DNA from: Azolla caroliniana
Taxonomy: Eukaryota; Plantae; Polypodiophyta
Length of the DNA: 64,000 nucleotides
Reading direction: 5' to 3'
Assembly: GCA_043228905.1 (NCBI GenBank)
Contig: JBHGNT010000006.1
Coordinates: forward strand, 2,914,001-2,978,000
The notes under the pieces were generated by a model. That model searched no databases. It had not been told where the DNA came from and saw nothing but the letters and a program-made list of their open reading frames with translations. This document shows positions 39,046-61,540 of the stretch, one piece after another. How positions within the stretch are numbered: position 1 is the stretch's first letter; every line of letters begins with the position of its first letter. Both the position numbers and the translations under genes were made by a program.

Positions 39046-42000
39046 AGGGGTTTAGGGTTTAGGCTAATGCCAACGTTTGGACTCTTGTTGTGGGACGTAA
39101 AAATGGATTGCAACAAGAAGGAAACACAGCTACACCTCATGTAGTTTTGAGGAATCGTTTTGAAGTGTTGCAAGAAGAGGGGGTCTTACTACAAGATCAA
39201 AGGACAACTAATGTGGAAGAGGTGGTAGCGTGCACACCCGATGTTTTACTAAACAATACACACCTCAAACATGAAAATGTCATGAGCTCACCCCCCTTTA
39301 TTGGTAAAAGTGGAAGTATTAGATTGAGAGCAATGAAAGAATGGTTACGCAATGGGAGATGTCAAGAAAGCTCTTCCACCACTTCTGAATTTCAGAAGCC
39401 ACAAGTGTCACGTCATGAAAGTAGTGTGGCACCGGTCAGAGTTCCCGTCAAATTTGTTAGGTCCAAAAGTTCGGAAAGGGGCACTCTAGGCATGGGGTGT
39501 AAGTTTAGCCAGCAAGCTCTCACGAGATTAATTGATTTGTGTCATGAGGAAGCCCTAGGGTTGAGGGTTTATGTGATTGTTGCTAAACGAAACAAGTTGC
39601 TGAAATTAGGCTTCTCATTTGATCTGATGGACCTGGAGGTTTCTACTAGCAACATGGCACGTATCTGTAGCTCCATAGAAGTCCTGGCGCACAAATACTT
39701 CAACAGTCTGCCAGTCACCTTGAGTGGGGATAAGTGGATGTCGATGTGGATGAATGTTGGAATGATATGTGGGAGTTTCAATGATGCTTGCATTAAAAAG
39801 CAACTACTATTATGCCTAGAGGAAAAGGTAGACTCCCTTGATGAGGTGTTACACTTCCATGAGGAGGAACTGGAAGAAGATATAAGGAAGGATGTGGTGT
39901 TAGGATGGGAGAAGATCAATGAGGGAGGTTGGGCATGGACTCAGGGGGAGGGACTTTTTCCTTCTTGGGAGATCTCACAATTGTGTTCATGAAATTAATC
40001 ACGTGGAACATACAAGGTCTTGGTGGAAGCAAATGCATGATGGAAAGGAAGAACTTCTGTCAGGAGTTCAAATCCTCGTGCTTTAAGGGGACCCCAGACA
40101 TTTTGCTCTTGCAAGAGCATCATTTGTGTGCGGATAGAATCTTGCGTATTGGCAATCCTCTTGAGGGGGATTGGCATACTTTTTGGTCCCTAGCTCAGGG
40201 TGAGCATGGTAGAAAAGGAGGTGTTTGTACATCTATTAGGAACAATCCGGATATTGTGGTCGTGGGTCAGGACACCATAATGGAGGGACAGGCCATTTGT
40301 GTGATTGTAAGATGGCATCAATGTTTAGTTGGGATAGTAAATGTGTATGCACCCAATTCGTCTGCTTTGCGGGCCCTTTTTTGGAAGCAATTGGCTGATG
40401 GCTTGCCATTTGCAGATGCGTGGATCCTTGCAAGGGATTTTAACATGACTTTGCACACAGAGGACAAGGTGGGTGGCACTCATACAGTGGTCCAGGGGTC
40501 AGAGTTAGTTGCTTGGGATCTGTTGATGGGACGATTAGGAGTGAAAGATGCGTGGTATGTACTAAAAAAGCCTCGGAGTTCACTAAGCTTTTCAAGAGCA
40601 GGTTGTAGTATAAATGGCTTTTGTATGTCTTGCATAGACAGAATATACATAAGCTCATAACTTAAAAAATATGGTAACACTGTTGAAATAATCGCTGGTT
40701 CAGCTTACCCTGATCATATGCCGGTTCAGATTACATTAGTCAACCAGAGGAGGCCAAAAAGAGACCGCAACCTGAGGATCAATAGTAAGCTTTTTGAAGA
40801 TGTGGAAGTGGAAAGAAAGATAAGGAGCATTTGGGCAAGTAAGCCAACTAGTTGTGGTGCACTTGAGACACTTAGTGGGAAGATTATCGAAACTTCATTG
40901 TATTTGCACGTAGAGACTAAAAATAGAATTGCAAAGTCTAAAGAAAGAGAAGTGGTATTAAGAAGATCGATAGCAGCTGCCCAAAGAATGCTTTAGAAAG
41001 ATCCCACGTGTCAATGGTCTAGAGCCGGTCTTGAGGCTGCTAGAGAAACGCTACAACGGTTGATTATGTCTAGAAACACGATGGTATTCAGGAGTTCTGC
41101 GGCATGGTGGAGCAAGAATGGGGATAAGGTAAATCATCAATTTTTTAAGTATAAAAAGCCAAGATCAAACTGTAGTTACAATCCTAAGCTGATTAAGGAG
41201 GATGGATCAGCATCGGAGGATGTATCAGAGATCATGGAGGTAGTCACAACTCACTATCATGGGTTACTCTCATACAGTTCTAATATCCCTGAACAGCCTA
41301 ATCTAACAGAATTTGTATCGGAGGGTATGCAACAAAGAATTTCAGAGGTTGCACAAGTTAATTTGGCAAGGCCACTCTTGGAAGAGGAGGTGTCAGATGC
41401 TTTGGCAGGTATATGTAGACCGTCTTGTCCAAGTATCGACAGACTATCAAGAGATTTTTTTGAAAAATTTTGGAATGTGATTAAGGTTGACTTGGTTGAT
41501 GGTCTTAATGAGGCATGGGTTGTTGGCTGCTTACCTGAGCATTTTAAAGAGGGGCTGATATTTCTAATTCCAAAGGTACAAGGTCTAATAGCTGATGCAA
41601 GGCAATGGAGACCGATTACGTTGCTCAACACAGTATATAAGATTTTTGCCAATATTTTGGCCAAGAGGGTCAAACCCCACTTGAATGCACTAATTAATGT
41701 TGGACAAACTGGATTTATGGCAAATAGATGCATTATTGATAATGTGTTGACCTTTTGGGAGGCAATTGCCTTGGCAAAGAAAACCAATCAACATATTGCA
41801 TGTCTCATGCTTGACTTCGAGAAGGTGTATGACAGAGTACAATGGTCCTTTTTAGATAAAGTGATGGAGAGGTTGGGACTACCCTCCAAATGGAGATTGA
41901 TTGCGTTAGCCCTTTACGAAGGAAGTTTGAGTAGGGTGATGGTGTCAGGACATCGGGGCCCACCAATTCCATTATGCAAGTCTATTAGGCAAGGGTGCCC

Positions 42001-44436
42001 GTTGGCCCCCTACCTTTATTTATTTATTGCAGAGGCATTCTCTTTCTTTTTAAACAGACCAGATGCAGGAATAAGAGGATTAGTTGTCCCACATGCGGGC
42101 AAGGAGTTGTTGGACTCATCATACGTAGATGACACTATGCTCTATCTACAAGACAATGACGATAATTTACAGCTTGTTGAAAGACGGATTGAGCTGTTTT
42201 GTAGAGCGTCATGAGGGAAAATCAATTGGAACAAAAGCAAAGGATTTTGGGTAAGTTCAAACCCATGGCCTCTTTGGTGCCCTAATGCTGATTTTCAATG
42301 GGTCCCTAATGGAATGGCTGTTAAATATTTGGGTTTTTTGGTGGGCGTTGAGACACCTAAAAACCAGCAACTTGAGCAAGTGAAAGACAAAATTAGAAAA
42401 AAGCTTTGGGTATGGGCATCAGTAAAGCTTTCTCTTGCAGGTAGGGTGGTTGTGGTAAACCACATTTTGTTAGCCACCATGTGGCACTTGGTGGCATGTT
42501 GGGTGTTAGACAAAACTTGCATAAAAAATATTAAGGCAATGGTGAGAGGGTTCTTATGGTCGGGTAGAGACCATGAGAGGGCATCAGCTAAAGTGGCGTG
42601 GAGTTGTTTGATCAAGGCGAAAAACCAAGGTGGACTTGGGTTGGTGGATCCAATTCACCAAAGTAAGGCTTTACTCGGTAAGCTACTTGTGAGAAGTTTA
42701 CAACCTGGACCTAAACTATGGAAGATGTTTCTTAGGGACAGAGCTAACCTTTGGTGTCCAAGGAATGGTGGCCCTTGGAAGGCAAAGATGTGGTGGTTTT
42801 TCAGTCCAGATCTAAAGGTGAAAGAACCAACTAACATGGAGGACAGGGTGGCCCGTGCCATAATGATGGCTTGGTCAAGTGTAAGAGAAGGGTTGGTCTT
42901 AATACAACCGAAAACATTGGAGGAACAACTCCGACAACCGTTATTTTGGAACCCTAGGATAAGAAGCGTGGATAGCATGATGCTTGGACAAAAAAAATAT
43001 TTGCCATGGGGCCGCATGTTAGGGTACAATATTAGTTCAGTAAGAGAGTGGGATGTTTTCAAAATGAAGAGGAGTGAGGGTCAATTTGGTAGCATTTCTT
43101 GTAGGCTTGAGAAGGTGACCCAACTGATAAATAAGGTTGTTGATGGTCTAGATCGGTTGAATAAGGAAGAGGGGGTTTGGTCTGGGTGGTTTGTAGGTGA
43201 GAGTGATGGACAAATTATCCGCGGCAATTGTCCATCTAATGAATATCGCTTGTGGGGAAACCTAAGTGCTTTGTCCAACAATGGTCGGTGGTTGGCAGTG
43301 CGGGTGGCAGTGTTGGAAGGTAAGAAGTGGCAAGTAAACCCGGACCCAGGGAAGCTAGATACTGATTGTAAACTATGGCTATTTGACAACAAGCCTCTAC
43401 ATGATTTGGAGTGGGATCCACTAGAGGTATGGTGGCAGAAACCGAGAACGAACAAACTGGAGGGGTTTTTTGATTATAGTACTAAGCTCGGAAGGCAAAT
43501 CATTGGCTCCAAATCAGTGGGCGTTGTTCAGACTCGCAATAGTTGGAGGGATAAAGGCATATAAGATGACTTTCTTGAAGTCATTTTGGAGGAGACTATG
43601 GGCATCAGATATGCCAGAAAAAATAAAGGTGTGGTTTTGGCTTCTTAGTCATAAGGCGTTACCCGTAGGGGAGTGGATGAGGTCTCGTGGTGGGGAGGCT
43701 GGTTGTACGTTATGTGGTCACTCTTTGGAATCGATACCTCATTGTTTTTGGAACTGTGCCGAGGCAATCAACATTTGGGGTCGAAGTCTCAGTATAGTGG
43801 CAACATGCGGTGTAAATGGGAGAGTTGTGTGGGGGTCCTTACAGGGTTTGAAACTAACTAAGGAAGGTTGGGCGGAACATCTAAATCCACATGGTCATGG
43901 TTTTATAGTGTAGGGCGGCCGTATATTCAAATGTGTTGGAGTGGAACCTGGTGCAAACTCTGATTTTTTTGAGGAGATATGGATGTTGGTGGCATGCTTC
44001 TCGGTCTGGCACATTTGGACCAGACAATGTTTGTTTGTTTTTCAGCAACGAAAACTCCCAAGCGGCGAGGTGTTGCTAAACATTTGGTTCGAGCTGGTAT
44101 CTTGGCTGCGCGGACAATACAACTCGATTGAAGGGAACTCAGATGTAGCAAAAAGGGCTCGGTCGAAGTTTTTGCTGAAATAGGGCCGTTCTCCTATGAT
44201 GGTAAATTCAGCGTCAGGGCCTAAATGGAACTACCAAGCACCGAGATGGCTATTTGCGCCATTGACTTCCATGAATGGACAGGAGTTGTAAATATGTGGT
44301 CACCATGTACAAAGTGTTAGTGGGATACTTTTGTTGTAAATAGTAGGGTGGGGATTATGTTGTTTTGATTATGGTTGATCTTTGATGTACTTCTTTTGCT
44401 AACTAATGGGAAGTAGTGTTTTTTTTTGGAAAAAAA
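39046..44436 (+). mobile_element. L1/Tx1-like LINE retrotransposon, 5'-truncated and inactivated (ORF1 C-terminal part, then ORF2 APE-RT-zf-RVT)
   Basis: 16-bp TSD AAGACAATAAAATGGA at 39030-39045 and 44437-44452; the empty site is in block A (~24617). APE motifs TWNIQGL, LLLQEHH, NVYAPN, DFN, IDRIY, PDH. RT motifs WRPITLLN, LDFEKVYDRV, QGCPLAP, YVDD, KYLG. zf-RVT CTLC..ESIPHCFWNC. Ends in an A-tail. Confidence 0.93.
39989..44291 (+). pseudogene. LINE ORF2 (endonuclease-reverse transcriptase), disrupted
   Basis: One frame runs from ATG 39989 through in-frame stops at 40660, 40996 and 42214. One frameshift near 43560, then stops at 43913 and 44183. The natural end is WNYQAPRWLF...* at 44291. 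Confidence 0.88.
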
Positions 44437-45221
44437 AAGACAATAAAATGGATTCCAAATATCTATGTCATGTTTACTATTGTTGGTTTCCATTAACATT
44501 AAGACATGTGAGAGTAATGCAAAATATCTATGTCATGTTTACTATCGTTGGTTTCCATTAACATTAAGACATGTGAGAGTAATGCAAAATATCTATGACC
44601 ATTGGATAATGAAATGGATCACATTGCTTTCTACAAAAACAAGACAAGTTTTGTGTCTCAAGAAATATTTGTGACTTCAATAAAATGTGCGCCATGTGGT
44701 TTTAGGATACAAAGATTGGAGTTTGGTTGACATTCGACAGAAAGTAATGATTATGAGGATTTGACTTCCAAGACACTTTCGTATGGGATAACTAAAGGTT
44801 CTTATAGAAATTTAGTTCATAATTTAGTTTGGAAGTTTGTCCTTATGGTAGACACCCTTAATGATTTTAAGACCCTTGAAACATGCCAATGCAAACATTG
44901 AAGATATAATACTACTTGTTTTTTTTTAGAGGCCAATACATATAAATTTCTTGGTTGGAAACCTTGAATTGGGGTAAACACACTCAATATTTTTCTCATA
45001 GATGAAATATGACCTATAAAGTCCAATGCGAAACATTTTTACAATGTTTATTTAGAATTGAATAGTGACTCTCAATATTCAACACATAATTGTTGCAATT
45101 GAGAGTGCACATTACGATTATGATATGAATGTGTAGCAAGTGAATCAAATTGACAATGTGTGGAAGCAAACTTGAATACGATTGAATGCAACACATTGTA
45201 TCAAAATGTGATAGTTTGAAC

Positions 45222-45887
45222 CATAGAATGAACCATACGTATCATACGTGCATTCGCATTAGAGAATGATTCCATCAAACGTGTATGATAAATCATCTCA
45301 AAGTTGGATTGGATTGACAAGTTAGATTGGATTGACTATGGCCTATATTATATATTGATTCACTCTCAATCCCAATAAGTGGACTCTAATCCATTGTGAA
45401 CCACCAACATAAGTATGGTTGCAATATTTGCATTGTATCACATACATACTTTTGGGATGCTTCTTAAGAATCAACTATCATCCTCACTTTAGAACTTTAC
45501 AAAAGAATGAGTATGAACTATAGAGATTGAATCAAAATATGTCATTATAAATTATAATCAAATGTTCAAAAACTCATAAAACGTATATTCGAGAATATGA
45601 AGAAAACATGACATTGGCAATAGTAGCATAACAACTTACCACTAGGGTGAGCTAATTTCTAACAACAAAGAAAGAAAAGAAGAAGAAGAAAAAGAAATGA
45701 TTAAAAACTCATAAAACATGTATTCGAGAATATGAAGAAAACATGACATAGGCAATAGTAGCATGACACCTTGCCACTAGGGTGAGATGAATTTGTAATG
45801 ACAACCAATGAAAAAAAGAAAAAAAAAGGATCACGTATTTTTCCCTTTTCAAACGTTTGAATGCTTGCACGAACATGAATATTACGG
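45222..45887. mobile_element. CATAG-family hAT element, right end lost
   Basis: Starts CATAGAATGAACCATA and aligns with 60149-60850. Confidence 0.7.
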
Positions 45888-47437
45888 AAAGTGTTCAAAG
45901 CACTACCACTTATTAATTAATTTGCATGATTTTAAGCGAGGGAAAGTTCGGTCAAAAGGTGAATATCATGGTTTTGGGTGGTCGTTGCATGCATATATGA
46001 TCTCTCGCCTACAATGTTTTGTATGGTCAATTTACATCTTCGTCGAATCGTCATTAAGGAATGTGGCTGTCCATCCAATCCCATAGTATAAATCAATTGT
46101 TGTGGAAGGTCTCTAGTATTTGGTAGATGGAGCTGCTACTTCCTCACCATATTCAAGCTCAATACAAGACATCTTTTTGGTTCAATGGTGGATTATGGTG
46201 ATTCAAGAATACCCATGGTCTTGTATATTGAGTCGTCGTACAGCCAGTCTTAGATTTCAACTTGTAGAAGTTCTATTTTTTTTCATTGCATCATTTTCGT
46301 AGATAGCTCCACCTATCCCAAATGTATTGCTTCAATTTATATTCTGATGTTTGCAAGAAACTGATTGAGTCGTCTCACATGCCACTCTTCAATTTGAATG
46401 TGACAAGTTCAATTTTTTTTTGTTGAACCATTTTCTTAGTTCACCTGTCCAAAAGCTATTGCTTCAATTTCTATTTTGGTGTTCACAAGAAACTGAACAT
46501 AATCTACAAGAGAGAGCCAACCATATGCAATGATCCAACTTACGTACTAAAATCTATTAAAATAATCAACTGATTATGTGACATTAATTCATACAAAAAC
46601 ACATTCAATACACACTTTTATTGGAGCAAAAAGATTGGTCGTTCAAATATGATAAATTCTAATAAATAATTAAACAAAATTGGCTCTAAAAAAATTGTAA
46701 GCCTACAATTCCACCAATGTCAATGCACAAGGAACAATCTATCATATGCTTACACATAAAAAATGGTATAATGGGAGAGATTGCTTAGAAATAAATATGC
46801 TGATTGGGATTCAAAGGATGGCATATTTAGGGTACAGAACAGCCATACTGTGATCTTCCAACGATCAGGACAAACTCTAAAAGGTGACATCTTAAGGGCA
46901 ACACTTCAACCCAACCTATTTAAATTACAATATTTCCAATCAGAACTAAGTTCCTCATAAATGCCTTCTGCAATATGTAAACAAAACCAAGCCTCCTCGA
47001 GCATTCAAATTCTGAATGCCGCATCAGTAATGGATGCACATTACATGATCAGTGGAAGGGATACTAAGGATACAAGTATACAAGTCCTCGGAAGGAATAG
47101 TAAGGATACAAGTATACAAGTCATTGTCCAAAACTATGGTTGAATTTGACAGACATCCAAGTAGATGAGATGTTAACCAAGTGGATGATACTGTTCCATG
47201 GCACCAAGACCCTTAAAATCTTGAAGATAAGTGTCACTTCAGTTTTCAGGGTATCGCATGTGCAAATCACACTCATATGGTATAAGACTTCCATAGCTAG
47301 TTTAGCCACACTGATGCTCATGTATTTGCCTATGAGCACTGTAAACACGAATCCAGTAAGGCCTCCATAGCTAGCAAGTTCCATAAATAGCAACTTCAAG
47401 TGATGAGCTCACGTATTTTGTCTATGTTTTTTACACA

Positions 47438-57083
<9,646 letters not shown>

Positions 57084-57327
57084 CTTCTTCTTTGGTGTTG
57101 GCCTTCCTTCTTCGTGTGGTTCTTCTAAGGAAGGCTGCTTTCGGCGGTCCAAGAAGGTTTAAGAAGGTTTGGTCTGCTGGATTTCTTCTTCTTCTTTTTT
57201 TACGCAGAGACCCACGAAAGACGGAGGAGGGGGAGAGGGACAGGAAAACGAAGAGAAGAAATTGCGTGCGCTATTTTTATTTGTGTTTGCTTTCTGCTGC
57301 TTCTTGCTTCCTCTTCCTTCATCAAAT

Positions 57328-57580
57328 TAGGGGGCTATAGCCATCCGGAATAAGGCTGAGTTTTTCATTCATCGGCTCTCGGATCGGGCTGAGTTTTTCA
57401 TTCATGGGCTCTCGGATCGGATCGGAATTGGCCGGGTTTTGATTCACGGGCTCTCGGATCGTATTGGATCGAGGTGAGTTTTGATTCAGGAGCTCTCGGA
57501 TCGGATCGGAATTGGCTGGGTTTTTATTCACGGGCTCTCGGATCGGACCGGAACAGACCACACAACCTCACATCGGATCT
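57328..57580. repeat. Tandem array of GGCTCTCGGATCGG-containing units immediately upstream of XRN
   Basis: The core GCTCTCGGATC recurs at ~57375, 57409, 57450, 57492 and 57534. The array begins with TAGGGG, like the hAT terminus at 22679. Confidence 0.75.
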
Positions 57581-59959
57581 CAACATCCCAGAACATTTCC
57601 GTGACCCACCCACTCGAATCTCCCCACCTTTACATTGGCTTCTTACAAAACCCACCATCCACCCAATTTCGATTCCACACTATGTTAGAACACTGACATA
57701 TATATCAACTGCGTATTACCTCCCCCTCACTATCGTTAGCGGACCTACTGCCATAGCAAAACCTTGCACCTCTTCCTGTTGACATTCGTAGAGTTGTGCT
57801 CCTATCGCAACTGTTGTCACGAACATTTTATTGCTTAATATTAATCGGCCCTTTTCTACATCTATTTTGTGTCAACTTTATTTCATCTTGTGGGGTTTAA
57901 CATTGTGTGTAAGTTGCTTCTATCCCATGTACTAATGGCTAGTAGCTAAGTCCTCCATTCATAATAATGCACACATGACTTAGCCACAAATCATCGACTA
58001 TCTATTGTCGACCTTCATCGATTGGCAACCACCACTACCAATATATCTTCCACGTAGTGTCCCAATTGGTTCGTTCGGTCATTGTTATTTGTAAGCATTG
58101 TTAAGTCATTATATTTCATACTACTGATCAATCCTTTCAACATAGTCTCACCATAGCAAACAACATCAATGAATGTTGCTCAAATTCCATAGTCCACCAT
58201 GACCTCCACCAACTAGCAATACAACTACCATGAACATTGATATTTGAAAGTGTTGTCAAGCCATTATATTGCTTACTACTAATCAATCCTTTTGACATGG
58301 TCTCATCATAGCAAACAACATCAATAAATGTTGCTCAAAGTCCATAGTACACTAGCAATACACATACCACTAACATATATACAAGATGCCATTATGTAAT
58401 ACCATAGTTGTCACAAAAGGCTCATAGAGCTTTGTCAATAGTTTATCAATTTATATATCATGTTTTATTTTTTTGTAACTACTCTAGATAAACTATGTTG
58501 TAGAGTTAGTATTACGAGATGTAACCTCCTCACATAGGCTAATGTATGATAGGCAAATATGATGAATGTCAAGTGGCAATCATGCATAGGCATGAAGTGG
58601 TCAAAACTCATAATATTAAGTTTGTCGCATAGCTTTGATCTATCGATAATTATAGGAAATAAAATATTTTATGTAAAAGGAGAACTTATTGCTTAAAGCT
58701 TGGTTTATGTAATGGAGCTCATTGCTTTAGGTGCCATATGACTTATTTGTAATCTCATGATAATTATGATATTATATGTATATACTTATGTTATTTTGTA
58801 TAAATGTTCATGACCTTTTGTGATGATTGTAGTATTCTAGATATCATTATGATATTTTGTATTGAACTTCATGAATACCATGCCAATTTGACTAGTGGCT
58901 AACTAGTTTGTGTACTTCCTTGACATCAATGAAATAATCAAGCTCCAACTTCACATTGGGTACGAGGAGTTGTTCACAATGGTTTGACCAAATTTGGACG
59001 TTCCTTTGGTATCTTGGATGAGACAAATTTAAACGCTTTTTGGTACCTTTGGATGAGACATGCATTGACCTCAGAGACAAGCTATGAGTTTATTTGAGCT
59101 TGGATGAGGAACAAAACCCAACCCTCGATCAAGAGCTCAATAAACCTTATATTTAGTACTTAAACTATATGTACTTGTTGTGGCCAACATAGCTTTAATA
59201 TTGTATGTGTGAACAATGTGGTTAGTATGATTGACCCACCCCAACCTTATATGTAAAAAAGGGATAAAACAATAAGGAGTCAACACTTGGTCATTCAATG
59301 ACAAGCATCGAGAACCACGACAAGATAAGTAATTACAATACCACATAACGGATCAAAATGGCAATTGAACTTTCACGCATAACTTGCTCATCTACCATTA
59401 CAACCACAATTAGCCACTTATATGGAAGTTCTAACAACACATTGTAGAATGTCTTCATGTTATCTTTGTTTCTGTTGTTATTTTTAACGTTAGACAAGTT
59501 TCCACAAACAAACATGGCACAATGAAGAAAACTCTAAAACATCCCATTGATAAACTTAATCTATCGATTAAGAAATATATGGAGTCTCTTCATCACCCAT
59601 TATGATCATGTATGGCTACTAAATTGGTTTGGAAAAGGTTATTACGTCTCTTGCATGAGGTATATGGCTCTAGAGTATATAAATAGGGGGCAATGATGTG
59701 GGTTGATATTATGGGCGAGGTAAAAGATTAGGGAAAAAGGTTAACTTTGCATTATATACAAGAGGTCAATATGTTGAGGAAGTGTAGCCATTTATGCCTA
59801 TTAATTCAGTACCAAATGGGGTGGTTGGGGAGATGATTAGTTCAATAATATTATGGGTTTTGTATGGGCGGGGGCTTCCAAAAACATCATAAGCTAAACT
59901 TGTATTGACAAAAAGACAACATGCTATAAACGGGGAGGGTATAGACCAGTAGATATCGA

Positions 59960-60906
59960 AGGATATTTCAGCAAATTCAATGGAATGTTGTGGATGTAGT
60001 CAAGGAGATTTGGCTGACCTTGGTGCATACACTAAAAGGAGAATATGATGCTATCAAGGGGGATTCAAATGTAGTCTTTCAAAAGAAAGAGGCTTTTAAG
60101 AAGAGATTGAAAGTATTCTGCATGGTTAATGATTGTATACGTTGGAGGCATAGAATGAACCATAGGTGCATTTGCATTCGAGGATGATTCAATCAAACGT
60201 GTATGGTAAATCATCTCAAAGTTGGATTGGATTTATAAGTTGTAAAAAAAATAAAGATTGGAATTTTAAAAAATGACTATCGTCTATATTAAATATTGAT
60301 TGAATCAAATGTTAACACAATTAAAAGTTCAAAACTTAGGAATTACTTTACTATTAAACATTAGAAAGCACGAACATAAAAATCAAATAGTTCAAAGATA
60401 TAATTGTATTTATGATGAACTCATCTTGCAATTATCGATGTTCTCATCTCGCAACTTGCCCACCATTGAATGCATCAATTTCTTCACTTTAGAACTTTAC
60501 AAAAAAATGAGTATGAACTATAGAGATTGAATCAAAATATGTCATTACAAATTATAATCAAACAATAAAAAACTCATAAAACGTATATTCGAAAATATGA
60601 AGAAAATAGGACACTAACATAAAATTTTACTATGACATGACACTAATGAGCCAGAGAGAGAGAGAGAGAGAGGAGAGAAAATTAGGTTTCGAACACAAGA
60701 CAAGCAATAGAAACATAACAACTTACCACTAGAGTAAGGTAATTTCCAACGATAAAAAAAGAAAAAGACAAAAAAAAGGAATAAACAATTTTCCCTTTTC
60801 AAACGTGTTCATTTCCAAACGTTTGTATGCTTGCACGAACACGTTTATTACGCTCTATGGTTGGAGGTATCAGCCATCTCTTTGGGTATTTCCTCCACCG
60901 ATATGA
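59960..60906 (+). mobile_element. LINE ORF2 C-terminal fragment split by the hAT element
   Basis: EIWLTLVHTLKGEYDAIKG...IRWR, then after the insertion YQPSLWVFPPPI*. Matches the C-terminus of the other LINE copies. Confidence 0.75.
60149..60859. mobile_element. Non-autonomous hAT element (CATAG family) inserted into a LINE fragment
   Basis: Termini CATAGA..TCTATG. Perfect 8-bp TSD GTTGGAGG at 60141-60148 and 60860-60867. Confidence 0.88.
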
Positions 60907-61365
60907 GGCACGTGGTTGCTTTGGGAGTTATTTATGTCAATGATAGTCTATGAGCAGTTGAAAAGGTAAAAATCTATGCTGAGGTATCGTGTAAATCGTT
61001 TTAGACATAATATAAACCATTGTTGGATTTTCTAAATATAGTCATCTTTTCGTGTTTTTACATTAGAAGGTGCATCATGTGTAAGTTCAGTGCCAAGACT
61101 AGAGACTTTGAGGTCATTGGTTGAAGTTGGATGTAATTCATTTGATGTGCTTTGACATTAAGATCACCACACATTTGACCTCCTCCTAAAAAGATGGATT
61201 TTGTAACTGCAGTCTGCATACTAGTTAATTTATATACACTCAACGATGACATTTAAAACTTGTGATAAAATACATAAAAGGCAATTATTTTACACTGTGG
61301 TTTTAACTTTAACATTCAATATTGCTTTCACATTATGTTTTCTATGCCTTATCTTATTAATCCTT

Positions 61366-61413
61366 CTTTTTTCCAAAAAAACACTACTTCGCATTAGTTA
61401 GCAAACCGAATAC
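61366..61413 (-). mobile_element. 48-bp insertion consisting almost entirely of the LINE 3'-terminal motif
   Basis: 10-bp TSD ATTAATCCTT at 61356-61365 and 61414-61423. Confidence 0.75.
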
Positions 61414-61496
61414 ATTAATCCTTAGGGGAAGACATGTGAAGCTTTCTTTCACCTTCTTGTACTAGAAAATAAATCCATACCTTAAAAGTTGCAAGC

Positions 61497-61540
61497 CTTT
61501 GCTAACTAATGCGAAGTAGTGTTTTTTTTGGAAAAAAAAG
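61497..61540 (+). mobile_element. 44-bp insertion consisting of the LINE 3'-terminal motif
   Basis: 11-bp TSD AAGTTGCAAGC at 61486-61496 and 61541-61551. Confidence 0.75.

Larger units (their letters stand above)
28202..47234 (+). repeat. Tandem segmental duplication, block B (contains laccase B)
   Basis: Direct, head-to-tail counterpart of block A. Similarity ends at GATAAGTGT (28161 / 47234). Confidence 0.9.

Noticed and set aside
57084-57152. Non-AUG N-terminal extension of XRN with an NLS-like PKKK
   Set aside because: It starts at TTG, the AAG-rich context is typical 5'UTR, and homologues start at MGVP.
61366-61540. A single MITE with 40-bp TIRs
   Set aside because: Each arm has its own distinct TSD and A-tail, indicating two retro-insertions.
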